Assembly: GCF_000002075.1 (NCBI RefSeq)
Contig: NW_004797539.1
Coordinates: 348,849 to 412,848, forward strand
DNA length: 64,000 nt
Reading direction: 5' to 3'
From: Aplysia californica
Lineage: Eukaryota
The translations under genes and the position numbers were made by a program. How positions within the stretch are numbered: position 1 is the first letter of the stretch; each line of letters begins with the position of its first letter. The notes under the pieces are model-generated. The model made no database searches. It was given only the letters and a program-made list of their open reading frames with translations, and was not told where the DNA came from. Of the stretch, positions 1 to 56,243 are shown piece by piece.

Positions 1-164
1 AGAACGGGAACCATTCGGAGAAATAAAGTTCAAGTTTATTTCCCCGAACGTTCGGAGAAATAGAGCCAGCCAAATAAAATATAAAGTACCCTCTGTAAAA
101 TATGATAATGAATAAACTGCTGTTACAATCGCCACAAAACAGATTTATGTTAACGAAAACTCAC

Positions 165-260
165 GTCTTTTGCCACTCCAAGTAGGCAAACTTGCTTCCC
201 GTGGAAGTTTGGTAACAAAGAACCGTTGACCCGCGGTTTGGTATGGTCATCGATAGACAT
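165..260 (-). CDS. RPA3: Replication protein A 14 kDa subunit, first coding exon (gene continues beyond the window start)
   Basis: Manual translation from ATG at 260 (context aacaagATG) gives MSIDDHTKPRVNGSLLPNFHGKQVCLLGVAKD, followed by a GTGAGT donor at 164. This matches the RPA3 N-terminus (human [33 protein letters not shown]), with a phase-0 intron at the equivalent position. It is too short for the ORF track. Confidence 0.8.
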
Positions 261-466
261 CTTGTTATTTTATGTGATCAGAAAAACCAACGTTTACAAG
301 TCTTAGCCCAAGAGAAAATGAAGAACTCTGGACCGAGAATCCACTCACAACTCACAGCTACTGGACAGTCACGACATACGACACAAAAGCTATCACTGTA
401 GAGTCTATGCAAAGTGTGTGAATCTGAGAATAGGCAAGGCCTAACAACCAAACAAGAGGTACTACG

Positions 467-1839
467 TAGAGGTGTGCGAGTAACGAGTCCAGGCTCGAGT
501 ACTCGAGTAATACATGCGGCGAGTCCAGACTCGAGTCATAAGTAAATTACTCGAGTAAGGACTCGAGTAAGGACTCGAGTCCAGACTCGAGTCTGCAGGG
601 GGAAAACAGAAAAAAGGGGAAAAATTTGGTTTTTTAAAAAGTGAAGAATTGATAAAAGAAAAATTTTGATAAGCAATTTTTTAAAACTGAAGGAAAAGGA
701 ACAAAAAAACCCAAAAATACCCCTTCCCCAAAGGAAAAAACCGACCCCCCCCCCAGAAAAAAGCAAAAAGGAAACCACTGTTAGAAACCCACGATGACCA
801 ATCAAACTTCTTTCTTTTATGAAGTGCATTGTCTGAAGTTTGTGTACATTTTATTCTTACTGTTGTAACAAAGAATTATTTTAAAAAAATAAAAAATAAG
901 ATAAGATCAGATGAAGACTACCTCTATTCTAGCTTAGTTGTTATACAGTTGTAAGCTTCTCACTCACCCGGGGTGAGAGAGCGAGCCTTTTGGCTATTCT
1001 CTTCATGTGTGCGTTTACCGTGATGTGATACCCAGTGTAAACCACAGAATTCTAGATCTACACTTTTTTAAAATTGAATTCTGTCGTGTAAACAAACGTT
1101 CCAGTCCTCTTGTGTTAAAAACATGCAANNNNNNNNNNNNNNNNNNNNNNNNNNNNNNNNNNNNNNNNNNNNNNNNNNNNNNNNNNNNNNNNNNNNNNNN
1201 NNNNNNNNNNNNNNNNNNNNNNNNNNNNNNNNNNNNNNNNNNNNNNNNNNNNNNNNNNNNNCGAGAACTTCTGGGCAAAACAAAATGCCGATTAGGGTAG
1301 TTCGGCTCTATTCTAAAAGTGAAACAGCCGTAGCATCATTGTAGACCACCAAATTAGTTTTACTTTTGTGTTATAATATCATTTTTTTAAAAAGGGGTTT
1401 GTCTATTTAATCATCCTCACCGATAGGAAGTATTCAGAAATTAGGAACACCTGGTTTTGTTTCACAGCGGGTGAGAATAGCCAACACTGGCTAGTCTCAC
1501 CCGGGGTGAGAGGTCGATCACATTTTTATTCTCACCTGGGGTGAGAATAGCCACTTCCTAAGATAAAATAAAATAAATACGGTATAAACAGCATATGTCT
1601 AGAATTGCCATAAGCCAACTCAAGCTCCCTCCTAGGAAGGCACTCTATTTTCTGTCCGATATTCAACAAAACCTTTTTTGAAACCCACTAAAATTCCCTT
1701 TCGGGATACTATTACTCGAGTAATAACTCGAGTCTTAAGAGCCGTGGGACTCGAGTGATTACTCGAGTAATTACTCGAGTCCAGAGCAGATACTCGAGTC
1801 TGGACTCGAATCTTAATATGCTGGACTCGCACACCTCTA
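467..1839. mobile_element. hAT-like MITE with ACTCGAGT subterminal repeat arrays
   Basis: Perfect 15-bp TIRs (tagaggtgtgcgagt 467-481 / actcgcacacctcta 1825-1839), many tandem ACTCGAGT motifs at 483-593 and 1713-1810, and an imperfect agaggta(c/g) flanking duplication. Confidence 0.75.
915..1562. repeat. Unclassified interspersed repeat nested in the hAT MITE (palindromic ctcacccggggtgag / gagaatagcc motifs)
   Basis: The same blocks occur in reverse orientation at ~52365-52860 (e.g. cgagaacttctgggc vs gcccagaagttctcg). It spans the N gap at 1129-1261. Confidence 0.6.
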
Positions 1840-1853
1840 AGAGGTAGGCTAAG

Positions 1854-1902
1854 TTTGGCGGAAAATTTCGTCTCAAGTAGCGGAAGGCGGAAGTGTGGAA
1901 GT
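1854..1902. promoter_or_regulatory. Cluster of an E2F-like site (tttggcggaaa) and three ETS-like GGAA(G) sites
   Basis: tttggcggaaa at 1854-1864; cggaag at 1881, cggaagt at 1888, ggaagt at 1897. Motif match only. Confidence 0.4.
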
Positions 1903-2419
1903 GATACTGAAAATGAAACTTCGCGTTTTTTCTCAGTAATCAATCATGTGATGAATCAGCCTTACTCAGCAGCAACAATTAGCGTTGCCCAAATTGAAAT
2001 TGAAACACAACTTGATCCGAGAACAGATCAGTATTAATTTCAATTTGTTCATGCTAGATCTATATCCAATTCAAAACTACAAAAATTAAACTTTAACCAA
2101 ATATATAATTCTGATTCAAACAAAATTCAAACTCGTCCTCCGATTCGATAATTACATACATTACATTGATGTGTCGTTCACCTATAGGCCGGCCTATGCA
2201 CAATTATTTCTACAATATGTATATAGCCTACGGTAATAATACAGATTGTCATACATCATGTAGCCTAGGCCCTACGTTGCAAACACGCTCGGTCTGTCGT
2301 CCATTTCTGTCTGCTGGTTACTGGATCTGTTACCCCTTCCATATTTCTTTTTCAGATCTGTTGATTTGTCATGAGTAAAAAGACACACTGATACGATAAC
2401 GGCCAGTTAATTACTGTTG

Positions 2420-2630
2420 TTTTTGTTTGTTTTGGTAAGTGTTTACGGCGCTCGCAACTGCATAAGATTATATTAGCGCCCGAGACACCTTTAACATTTT
2501 CAGTTTGGTAGGAATTAATTTTGAATTTTGTCCGGGTGGCGGCCGAAGCCCACTCTTATCGAATTTGAACTATCAAGGGATCTTTAACGTGCACAACTTG
2601 GACACAGGAGCTCCGAGATTTTTCGCACTT
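2420..2630 (-). mobile_element. SINE fragment: Meta-like central domain plus Nimb/I-LINE-type 3' stem-loop tail
   Basis: The minus strand reads gcacgttaaagatccc...gataagag (Meta-like) and ggcgctaatataatcttatgcagttgcgagcgccgtaaac followed by an (aaac) tail. The same tail occurs at 42690-42740. Confidence 0.5.
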
Positions 2631-2999
2631 ATAGAAGAGAAGAATAGGTGTTCTGTCTTGCCTTCCCTAAGATCAAGGGTGTGATTGAAAGACAGCAGTA
2701 AGAAGGAGCCAAGGAACCCAGTAGCAGTAGAAAGGCTGCAGAAAGAGTAAGGAGCCCAGAGAAGGGAGAAAAAAAAGGTGTGGGGGGGGGGGGGGGGGGG
2801 TGGAGACGAAAGCAGACGATAGATAACATAATAATATTATACAGGCTATTATTCAAAAGAGCAAAAATTAAACTTTATCCAAATATTTAATTAATATCCC
2901 AACAAAATTCAAACTCGTCCTCCGATTCGATAATTACATTGTTGTGTCGTTCTTCTATAGGCCTGCCTGCTACATGTACACTTATTTATACAATATACA

Positions 3000-3945
3000 G
3001 ATAGGCCTTACATAAGAAAGTGGAACAGCAGATGACATCAAGGCTAAAGAGGGGCACATAATGGATGACTCAAGCCACGAACATACCATCAACGAGTGCT
3101 GCCAGATATAAAACATCAGGAGAGGCAGGGATTGGGTCGTGGTCGAAGACACGCTCGGAGAGTACACAACGGTGAAGGCAACATTGGGTAGAGAATGTCG
3201 CAATTGGCCACTTGGAGCTACAAACGCTGAAATTGAGACCCTAATAGAAGAGCATACCGAACATGGAGATGCTGTGATCTTCACGTATGGATCAATCAAC
3301 AGATCAGTCAAATCGGGCTGGGCCTTGAGTGTCAGAGTTGATGTGGTAGTTGTGAAAGAGCAAAGCGGAGCTACTGCAGTACGTGCATGGAGATAAAAAG
3401 CCACAAGTGAGGCCCTACACTGGATCAAGAACCCAAGCCATCAGCGAGCAGTAATCATTACTGATTCTATTATCACACTACAGGTACAGAAAGGGATGTT
3501 GTATGCGAACTGTGGAAGACTACGATCAGGGAGAGTAGCCTGGAAAGAGTGGTCTGGATCTTCTGCCCGGGGCACGCAGGGATAACCGGCAACGAGAGAG
3601 CAGACAAGGTGGCTGGAGAAGCAAAAGTGGGAGGGAATTTGACACTGGACCCACAAACTGTCCTAACCGCTGTAGGGGAAAATTTGAGGAAGAATAGGTA
3701 AGGCAGATAGCGGTTCCCACACCCTATGTAGATTGAACCAAAGAGGAGAAGGGAAACACAGCCACCTGTGCGGACCTGTCCGACGGATCTCCAACCAGAT
3801 TATGATGGAGACTGTTAGCAGACAGACTCTCTGGTGATTCCTGAAGAGGGGGTGGGGGGTGGGGGGGGTGGGGGGTGGGGCAGAGATGGACGTCTTCCGA
3901 CTGTAGTGATCCTAACACTGAGGACAAGGTGTGACAAGGTGTAAG
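3000..3945 (+). mobile_element. Degenerate non-LTR retrotransposon 3' part with RNase H domain (I/Nimb/Ingi-like group)
   Basis: Frameshifted RNase H motifs: AVIFTYGS (for FTDGS), AVIITDS and WIFCPGHAGITGNERADKVA (~3555-3615). It ends in short tandem acaaggtgt repeats. Confidence 0.75.
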
Positions 3946-4599
3946 GCTACTATTTGGGTGATTTGATAGACACGGACTACGTGACGAACTTGGTATTTGA
4001 AATGGGATTCGAACCCACGCCCACTTCCGTGGTGTCCGATTGTGTTGCGGAAAGAAATAAGTAATACCTACCAGTGGTGCCCTCCAACCACCCGCTCAGA
4101 GATGAGTTTGTTGAGAGTCCGAATAGAAGATGTCAAATGTTTATGTAGTACAATAATATAGGATCAGAGAATGATGCTTGGAAAGTAAAAGAGGGGGAAA
4201 CACGAATAATAATGTACCTTGGACTGAGCTTTGACTTTTTGACATAATATTCTCAGCCAACGAACAGGTCGTCAGCATTACTGAAAACGCAAAAGTCCCC
4301 TTCACCACCTACACTGTGTTGATGGGGCCGTAAAAGGGTACTCACTAAGGTGCACTCGTCTATCGCTTTATCTGATGATGTCGTTCACGGGGTTTTGCTA
4401 TTTTGTCAAATACTGCAAAAATTTGAGGGTAACTTTGAAAATAAAAACTACACACACAAAGTTGGATTCCTTCCATATTTTACGCCACATAAATAAAAAA
4501 TGTGGCTTCTCTTTATCGATTCACCATGCTTCGGCTGACATGACTGTTTTTCTTTGCTTTTTTTTCATGCTTGGGGGCCTAGTTTGTCGTATAAAAGTG

Positions 4600-5240
4600 C
4601 AGCTCCATCAAACCGAGCACAGACTTCACAGAGCATGTGATGGCCACATCGTATTTGAAATGAATACGTAGATGTTTTCAGATGAGTCCAAGTTTCGACT
4701 GGAACGGCACTATGTACAGGCCAGAGTCTACAGAAGACCCAACCAAAGTTTACATCCCAGCTTGCTTCAGACTAAGCAAATAATTTTGGTGGAGGCTGTT
4801 TTATGTTGTAGGCTGGAAACAGTGATGTTGGTGAGACCACGCTTGTGTCTGTTCGTAGGAGCATAAGAGTTCAAGGCTAAATCAACCAAGTTCTCGAGGC
4901 CAATGTACTTTACTTTCAAATTCAAGCCCAAGTACTCAGGCATGATAATGCACCTGACCATAAGACTGCTGTGATAAATCAATTTCTCAAAACTAACAAC
5001 ATTCCTCTACGCCACCCATGACCAGCGCATTCACCAAATCTCATTCCAATTGAGCATTTGCGGGACATTTTAGATCACGCCATTCAGGCCAGACCACGCC
5101 TGCCCCAGTCCATTGCTCAGTTAGAACAAGCCTTAATTCAAGAGTGGAATATCATTCCTCAATAGACAATGCCTCGATTCATCCCTTCCACGTGTTGATG
5201 ATGTGAAAATGTGAACAACGCCAAATGTCATCACACGTTA
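4600..5240 (+). mobile_element. Tc1-family transposase pseudogene fragment
   Basis: FSDESKF, HDNA and (W)PAHSPNLIPIEHL motifs are present, interrupted by stops and frameshifts. Confidence 0.75.
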
Positions 5241-6969
5241 CTGAAAGCAGTCACTTTTCATTTAGACCCCTGACAACTATAAGTTCAAAATTGAAAATTA
5301 AAAACATTATTAACTTCGCAACCTTGAGGCAAAATGAAAGCACTGTCTCATCTGAAACTTTCAGATAGATCCGATAGGTAATCATTAAGATATTGCCTTA
5401 TGAGGTGTGAGGTTAAAAATGTTCAAGTACTGAGGTATAATACAAACTTTCCCACCCTGGAATTCAACTCACGTTTTCAGTGTGTATCAAAAGATCCTAA
5501 CTATGACACAACAGACGCTGGTCAGCAGTGGCTAGGGCATCCTGAACACAAATACAATTTATAAACATTATCTATAACCGATAGGTAGAGTCTCTCGGTA
5601 CCAGTCATTTCCAAAGGTACTATTTCTGCACAAAGAAGAGTTTATCCAATTTTAAGTAAGAAATAACTATACAAAAATGGCATATCAGGCCAGCTCTTCA
5701 TCAATTTTCAAAGGCCTAGGTGCCTGAATTGCTTCATAGGTGGTGTTGTGTGTGTGTCTGTGTGTGTGTGTGAGTGCTAAGTTCACTCTCAAAGTACAAA
5801 GCCAGTAGCCAAGTTCAATCAATTTCAATAAATTGATATGACCAATTGAGGGAGCCTGTTTAAAAAAATGACATCAAACCCAACAGACATCTCAGCTATG
5901 ATGAGAGGTAATCACCCTCCTTAAAGGCCACAGATGCCCTTCCATTCATACCCCCCCCCCCCACTTCGTACATACCAACATTGGGGATGTGGGCATTCCA
6001 CAGGCTTGCACTACAATCTTTACACAAAATTTTAAAAATCCTTATACCAATAAATATATAAATAAACAAGACATTGCCTGATTTTTTCATACATGTTTAT
6101 TCCTACAAAATCAAATATTCTGTCTCAACATACAGTTTGATAAAATTTGTTCAATGTGAACGATGGATGGCAACTCAGTAAGTAAACATCCAAGGACCCC
6201 CCCCCCCCCCCCATCCAGGTATAAACCTCAATAGAACCCTCAAGTACATCTGTGGCAAAAATCTTTCATGTGTTTAGATCTGGGGCATGCGGCCTTAGTC
6301 TAGCAAGGGATTGGGCATGTAAATTGGAACGGGTCTATAAAAGGCAATATATATCACACTTTATGATCACTGTAAGTGTAACCATTCAGTACAATCTTGT
6401 TTGTTTTAGTAGAAGTTTTGCTGTGCTCGTAACTGCATAAATTGCCTCATAAATTCATGTTTTCTGAATTACATTAAAGACTTTCTTGCTTTAAAGAAAG
6501 AAAAATGTGTTTCTCTCACATCTTTATCATCAGTATTTCAAGCTTTCTAAATTATCTAAGACCCTCCCCCCATGATTATCTTACACCCACCACAAATCTG
6601 TGTTAATCCCACAGCATATTGATATTTAATCATGGCGGGAGGACACAACTCCCGGAATAAAAAAATGCTGTAACACTTTCCACAAACCATAAACAACATT
6701 AAATTGAGAAAAATGATAGTACAAAATAGCAAGGAACCAGGAACGATAAGAACAAAAGGTCCAGCAACTTTCATGATGAACAAAACCAGTGACAATCACC
6801 AGTCCCTTACAGGTTCTATATTATTATAATCTTCATGGAAATAAAAAGTGGTAACAAGGGTGCAATAATACTATCAACAGAATATTAGCAATGATATGAG
6901 AGAGAAAAGTACCCCCCCCCCCCCCCCCCGACAACTATATCTGGATGCAAGATACACAATCAATATTAA

Positions 6970-7894
6970 CTCACTTCAGACGGGTCACACAACAGTTGCG
7001 TGACCCCCGCCGCGACGCTCGCGACGGGTCACACGAGCCCTGCGTGACCAACTTTGGAATTTTTTTTTCGCTCTACAAATCACGCACGGATCGCGAGACC
7101 CGCCTCGTACCCTTGTTTGGCCAAGCCTGAGCTACCTAGACTTCGTTTCGTATCTCTGGGGCCGGTAGTTTTTAAGTTATTGAAGGTGAAGGACAGTGAC
7201 CTCAACTGGGGTTGAACAGACTGGAACTCGCGCTTTGTTTTTTTCTATACAGCTCATAGTAATCCGACAGTCGCGTCGTAGTAACGGTCGAAGAAGTCGC
7301 ATGAACCAGAATCACATAATTTCGCCGTTTTCTATACTTCTGTACGTTTTACTAGTTTTAGTGTCTCAGAATATGATGTGTCTAATAGTTAGGATCCTGG
7401 ATATGTACCTGAACACGGCCCGAGTCGTAGTTTTAGGGCTAGATCTAGCACTAGTACCGGTGTTGTTTTTCGCGCAACGAAATCACAACGTCGTGCCGTA
7501 CATCTGTCTCATGTAATTCAGTGTATGGGTCTGAATCAATGCACAGACCAGCTTTTATATATTCACCAAACACTCGCACATGTATACAAATCAAACCAGA
7601 ACACTTTGAACTTTTATTTTTGTTGTTGTAGTGAATTTCATTCCACTTGTCACGTCTCTGGAAATTTTTTGGAAAATCAAATTCATGCCAATTTTTAAAA
7701 AATCATACAAATTAAAGTATTAAACTTAGACAACTTTGGTTTTTTGTATTAGATTAAGCTTGAATGTTACTTTACTGTATCAAAAAATAATTACAATAGG
7801 GTAATTCTGAGAGTTGTGGTGATTTATTGAAATACCCCCCAAAACGCCAGTCTTCAACGCTTGTGACTGGTGAAAGGGCCCAGTCGCAAGTGAG
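6970..7894. mobile_element. piggyBac-like non-autonomous element
   Basis: TTAA on both sides (6966-6969, 7895-7898), imperfect TIRs ctcacttcagacggg / cccagtcgcaagtgag, CpG-rich interior. Confidence 0.6.
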
Positions 7895-8360
7895 TTAATT
7901 GTCTGCTATTTGCATTGTATGCCTTTGTCCTACAATAAGTGTCAATATACTGAAAGTCTGGAAGTAACAAGTACTACGATACCAGGAATTCACAGTAGAA
8001 TAATTATATTAAAACTCAAAGTAGTAAGAAGGCAGAGGAAAAAAAACCCTGCTGTAATCTATCACATCTTCAACTCATCTAAAAATATTGCCCCGATACA
8101 CAAATAATAACCTGTATTCAATGTTAGCACACCCACTTCAGAAGTCATACCACAATCTTTGCAGTATCATATGTACATATGCCTTATACACAAGCAGCAA
8201 GTGACAGTAACACACATACCTTACACTCAAACAAGTCACGTCTCGTACACAAGAAACAAGAGTTTCATACAAACAAATTTCATACACAAGCAAGTATTGG
8301 TAGGTCTGCTTTCAAGTAAAAAGACACAGCAAAAGGTAGCCACTGACAATAGAGCATGTC

Positions 8361-53098
<44,738 letters not shown>

Positions 53099-54350
53099 CC
53101 TGTGGCTTTATTTTCTTCAACAGTTGTTGTATCAATATCTGTTTTTTCTGAAAATATCAAGCTGAAATGTAACACAAGAACAGCTCGGGATAAGTGTTTT
53201 GTTGTGGTAGCAGTTCCAAACCACCAAAAGCATGGGGCATGGAGGTACGACAAACGATTCTAAATCGTGTTTAGCTATTGTAGAGAGTGCCAGATTTATT
53301 CCAGAGTGCTAAGTAAAAAAATATTTCCTCCCCGAAATCCCTAGATTACTACCAAAACAATTTCTACAATATTTTCTGCATCATTACAGATATTTCTTAT
53401 GATAATTTTTGCTTCAGGGTAATATATTCTCAAGGGTATAGTCCCACTTCGCATACATTATATACACAAGAGTACAAGCTATTTCAAACAAATGGGCAAA
53501 TTGGTATTCCTGCTTCCGATTCAGTGTTCAGCGTTGTAGGCCTAGGCCTAGGACGCATGAAGTTGCTACATTCCCGGTTCGTTTGCTGGACCATTTTTCA
53601 GCAAAAATGGACGGATACACAAACTTGAACAATAAATATTATAGTAGAAAACGGCATTTCGCTGGTGGAGTAATGAAACCTCGTAACCCCAGAAAGGAAA
53701 ATTTTACAGGAGAGACAAAAAACTGATTTACTCTAGAACAAAATGATCTATATGAATCAAAGTTGATACATATAAATGAAAACACCTTAGAAACGTGGTT
53801 AGTGCAAAAAACACACACTTTTTTATGGTTTGACTGGTTACACTGTGGGATGCGAGGTTTCATTACAACTTTTTTGTCGTGATGAAACCATGTAGTCAGC
53901 CGGCGGGAGGGTTGCAAGGTTTCATCAGGACTGAGTTTGAGGGTTGAGAGTTTTCTCGCAGCTCATTTAGTTGCAGTATGAATCTGTTGTTTGAAACGCC
54001 AAAAAGTGATAAAGATGTTGTTTTTTTTAAAAACCAATTAGTTAACAGATTCCCGACCAACTGAAGTCAAACACGTGTGTGTTATCTGCAGAATTTGAGT
54101 TTGAATCCTCAAACAGATTAGCGATTTGTGCAATCTGTTTCAATATAATTTGCCAGGATTAGATCTGGTTACTTCCATTTTTTAAAAAAAGCATAAATGA
54201 ATAGTAGATCTCTGCATTAATATGGTCTTTTGATTGCACTGCAGATGGTTTTCACAATGGTAAGAACTAGATTTAGATCAAAATATAGACATGTTTTTCA
54301 AAGTTTTAGTGTGCCTGTCCATTACAAAGTTTATTAAGAAAACAATGTAA

Positions 54351-54385
<35 letters not shown>

Positions 54386-55136
54386 ACATATTTTATCGCG
54401 GCAAGAACAAATTTTTGCAGCGGTTTTTCATCGGAGGCTATTTCTATTCTTAAATTCATACAATTATTGTTCATTTTTCTAATTTTGTTTTGTCCTAGAC
54501 CAAGAAATATTTCGATCAGGCACTTTTAAAGAAAAAGAAAATATTATTTATCATACTTTTGCATTTTGCATTATATAAGAATGGAGATTAAACCATAATG
54601 AGAAGCAACATGTCATTTGGTTCTAAGAATGTGTAAATTTCTTTTGATAATGATACAAAAGACAAAATTTAAAATCTACGTTATTTAATAGGCCTAGCCT
54701 ACTCAAAATCAGCACAAAAAAACGGCAATCGGTACAACAGCAATGGGGTACTCAGCTCTGGCAGCAGACGACGGAGTCCCACTGTTGTCTTCCTCCTGTC
54801 TCCAACGCCAATCTCGACTGCTGGGCGAATGCTGATTGTGGGAAATGAGGAGTGGAGTCCTAGAGGTCTTGGTTCTTGATCTTTAACTTGAGTACCATCA
54901 GCAACACTCTAAACCTGAGTACAAAGACCTTCTTCTTTTGATAATATGAACGACTGTTACGATTTATTACAGTAGTAATCTCTTTTTGGTAAGGCTTTAT
55001 TAATGTTTACAAATCAGCCTCAGTAGATCTATTCTAGGCAGGTGATTTTGTAGTTTCGTTTGTTAAAGTCAAGAGTAGATCTAGGGGGGTTTTAGGGGGG
55101 GCTTGCCCCCTGACCTAATAAAAAATTATGGAGGTT

Positions 55137-55167
<31 letters not shown>

Positions 55168-56200
55168 TTCAGGGGGGCATGCCCCTCTGAATTTTACCAT
55201 AATTTAATGTTTTGCAGAGGTTGCATCCCTGTTCGTTGTTAGGTCATCAAGACTTCTGGATTTCTTCTCTGGATGCAAACAAATGGATCGTGGACTTTAA
55301 TCAATGGAACTTAGAACTACAAGATCACCGGCCTGGAGTCTAGATCTACTATAGAATCTATAGAGGGGAAGATTGAAGAATACCGGACCACTCGTATTAT
55401 TGTGCGAGAATTGGGGGCGGAGGAAGGCACTCCTGTACAATGTAACAATTGCAGGGAAAGATTGAAGAATAGCGGACCACTCGTATTATTACGCGAGAAT
55501 TGGGGGCGAAGGAAGGGATTCAGGGGGGGGGGGGGGGGGGGGTTAATAAAATTAGGCTCCATGTATCTATGTTCATTATAGTGATTCTATTAATGTGGAA
55601 ACGTTTGGTACACTTGGTACTCTTAGATTTTATTTTCTGTAAACACAGAGTTGCAGCCGGTTAACGAATTTAGCAGTACAGTCGAACCTGCCATGACGTC
55701 CACCTGTATAATACAGTCACTTGTACAAACGACCACTTTTCAATTGCCCCTTTGTGTTTTTTCTATATAATTTATTAACTGTGTAAAATGATCACCTGTC
55801 CCAACGCGGCTGCGGCCGCCTTATTTTATTAACCCACTGTCAAATTTACCTGCCCCAGGCAGCCAGGCGTGGTCTCTCATTGCCTGATGCTTTGTCCAAA
55901 ATTTTGAATCGGTCCCTCGCACTGTGAATGGGCCGCCACAATTCATTCACCTGTCGTTATTGTTACTTCCTCCAATGAATGTTTTCCGAAGTTGACCAAT
56001 GGGTAATGTCATTTTGAATAATTTTGTCTGAGATTTTCATACGGTTTTTTATTTTGTGCTAATCTTTTTTAGATGAAGGAATAAAATACATATGAGGATA
56101 TGAGGAGGAGATTTGTTTGAGCGATCAAGATTATGTTATTGTTTGGGTGTTTGGTTTGCACACTGAATTGTTTTCTCATAATCCTTCCCATTTTTTGCAG
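53099..56200. promoter_or_regulatory. Divergent (head-to-head) promoter / 5'UTR region of SNRNP200 and DUSP19
   Basis: The region lies between the SNRNP200 ATG (minus, 53098) and the DUSP19 acceptor at 56200. Candidate UTR-exon donors are g|gtaaga (~54260) and g|gtaagg (~54989). TSS positions cannot be determined. Confidence 0.5.
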
Positions 56201-56243
56201 ATATTTTAAAGATTTTTACAGACACTCAACAATATTTATCACC

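Noticed and set aside
483-1810. ACTCGAGT arrays as CRISPR-like repeats or cloning-linker contamination
   Set aside because: There are no unique spacers of regular length, and the arrays are symmetric subterminal repeats inside perfect TIRs.
1855-8000. A plus-strand gene divergent from RPA3
   Set aside because: I found no coherent exon chain; the region is TE fragments and probable SNRNP200 3' flank.
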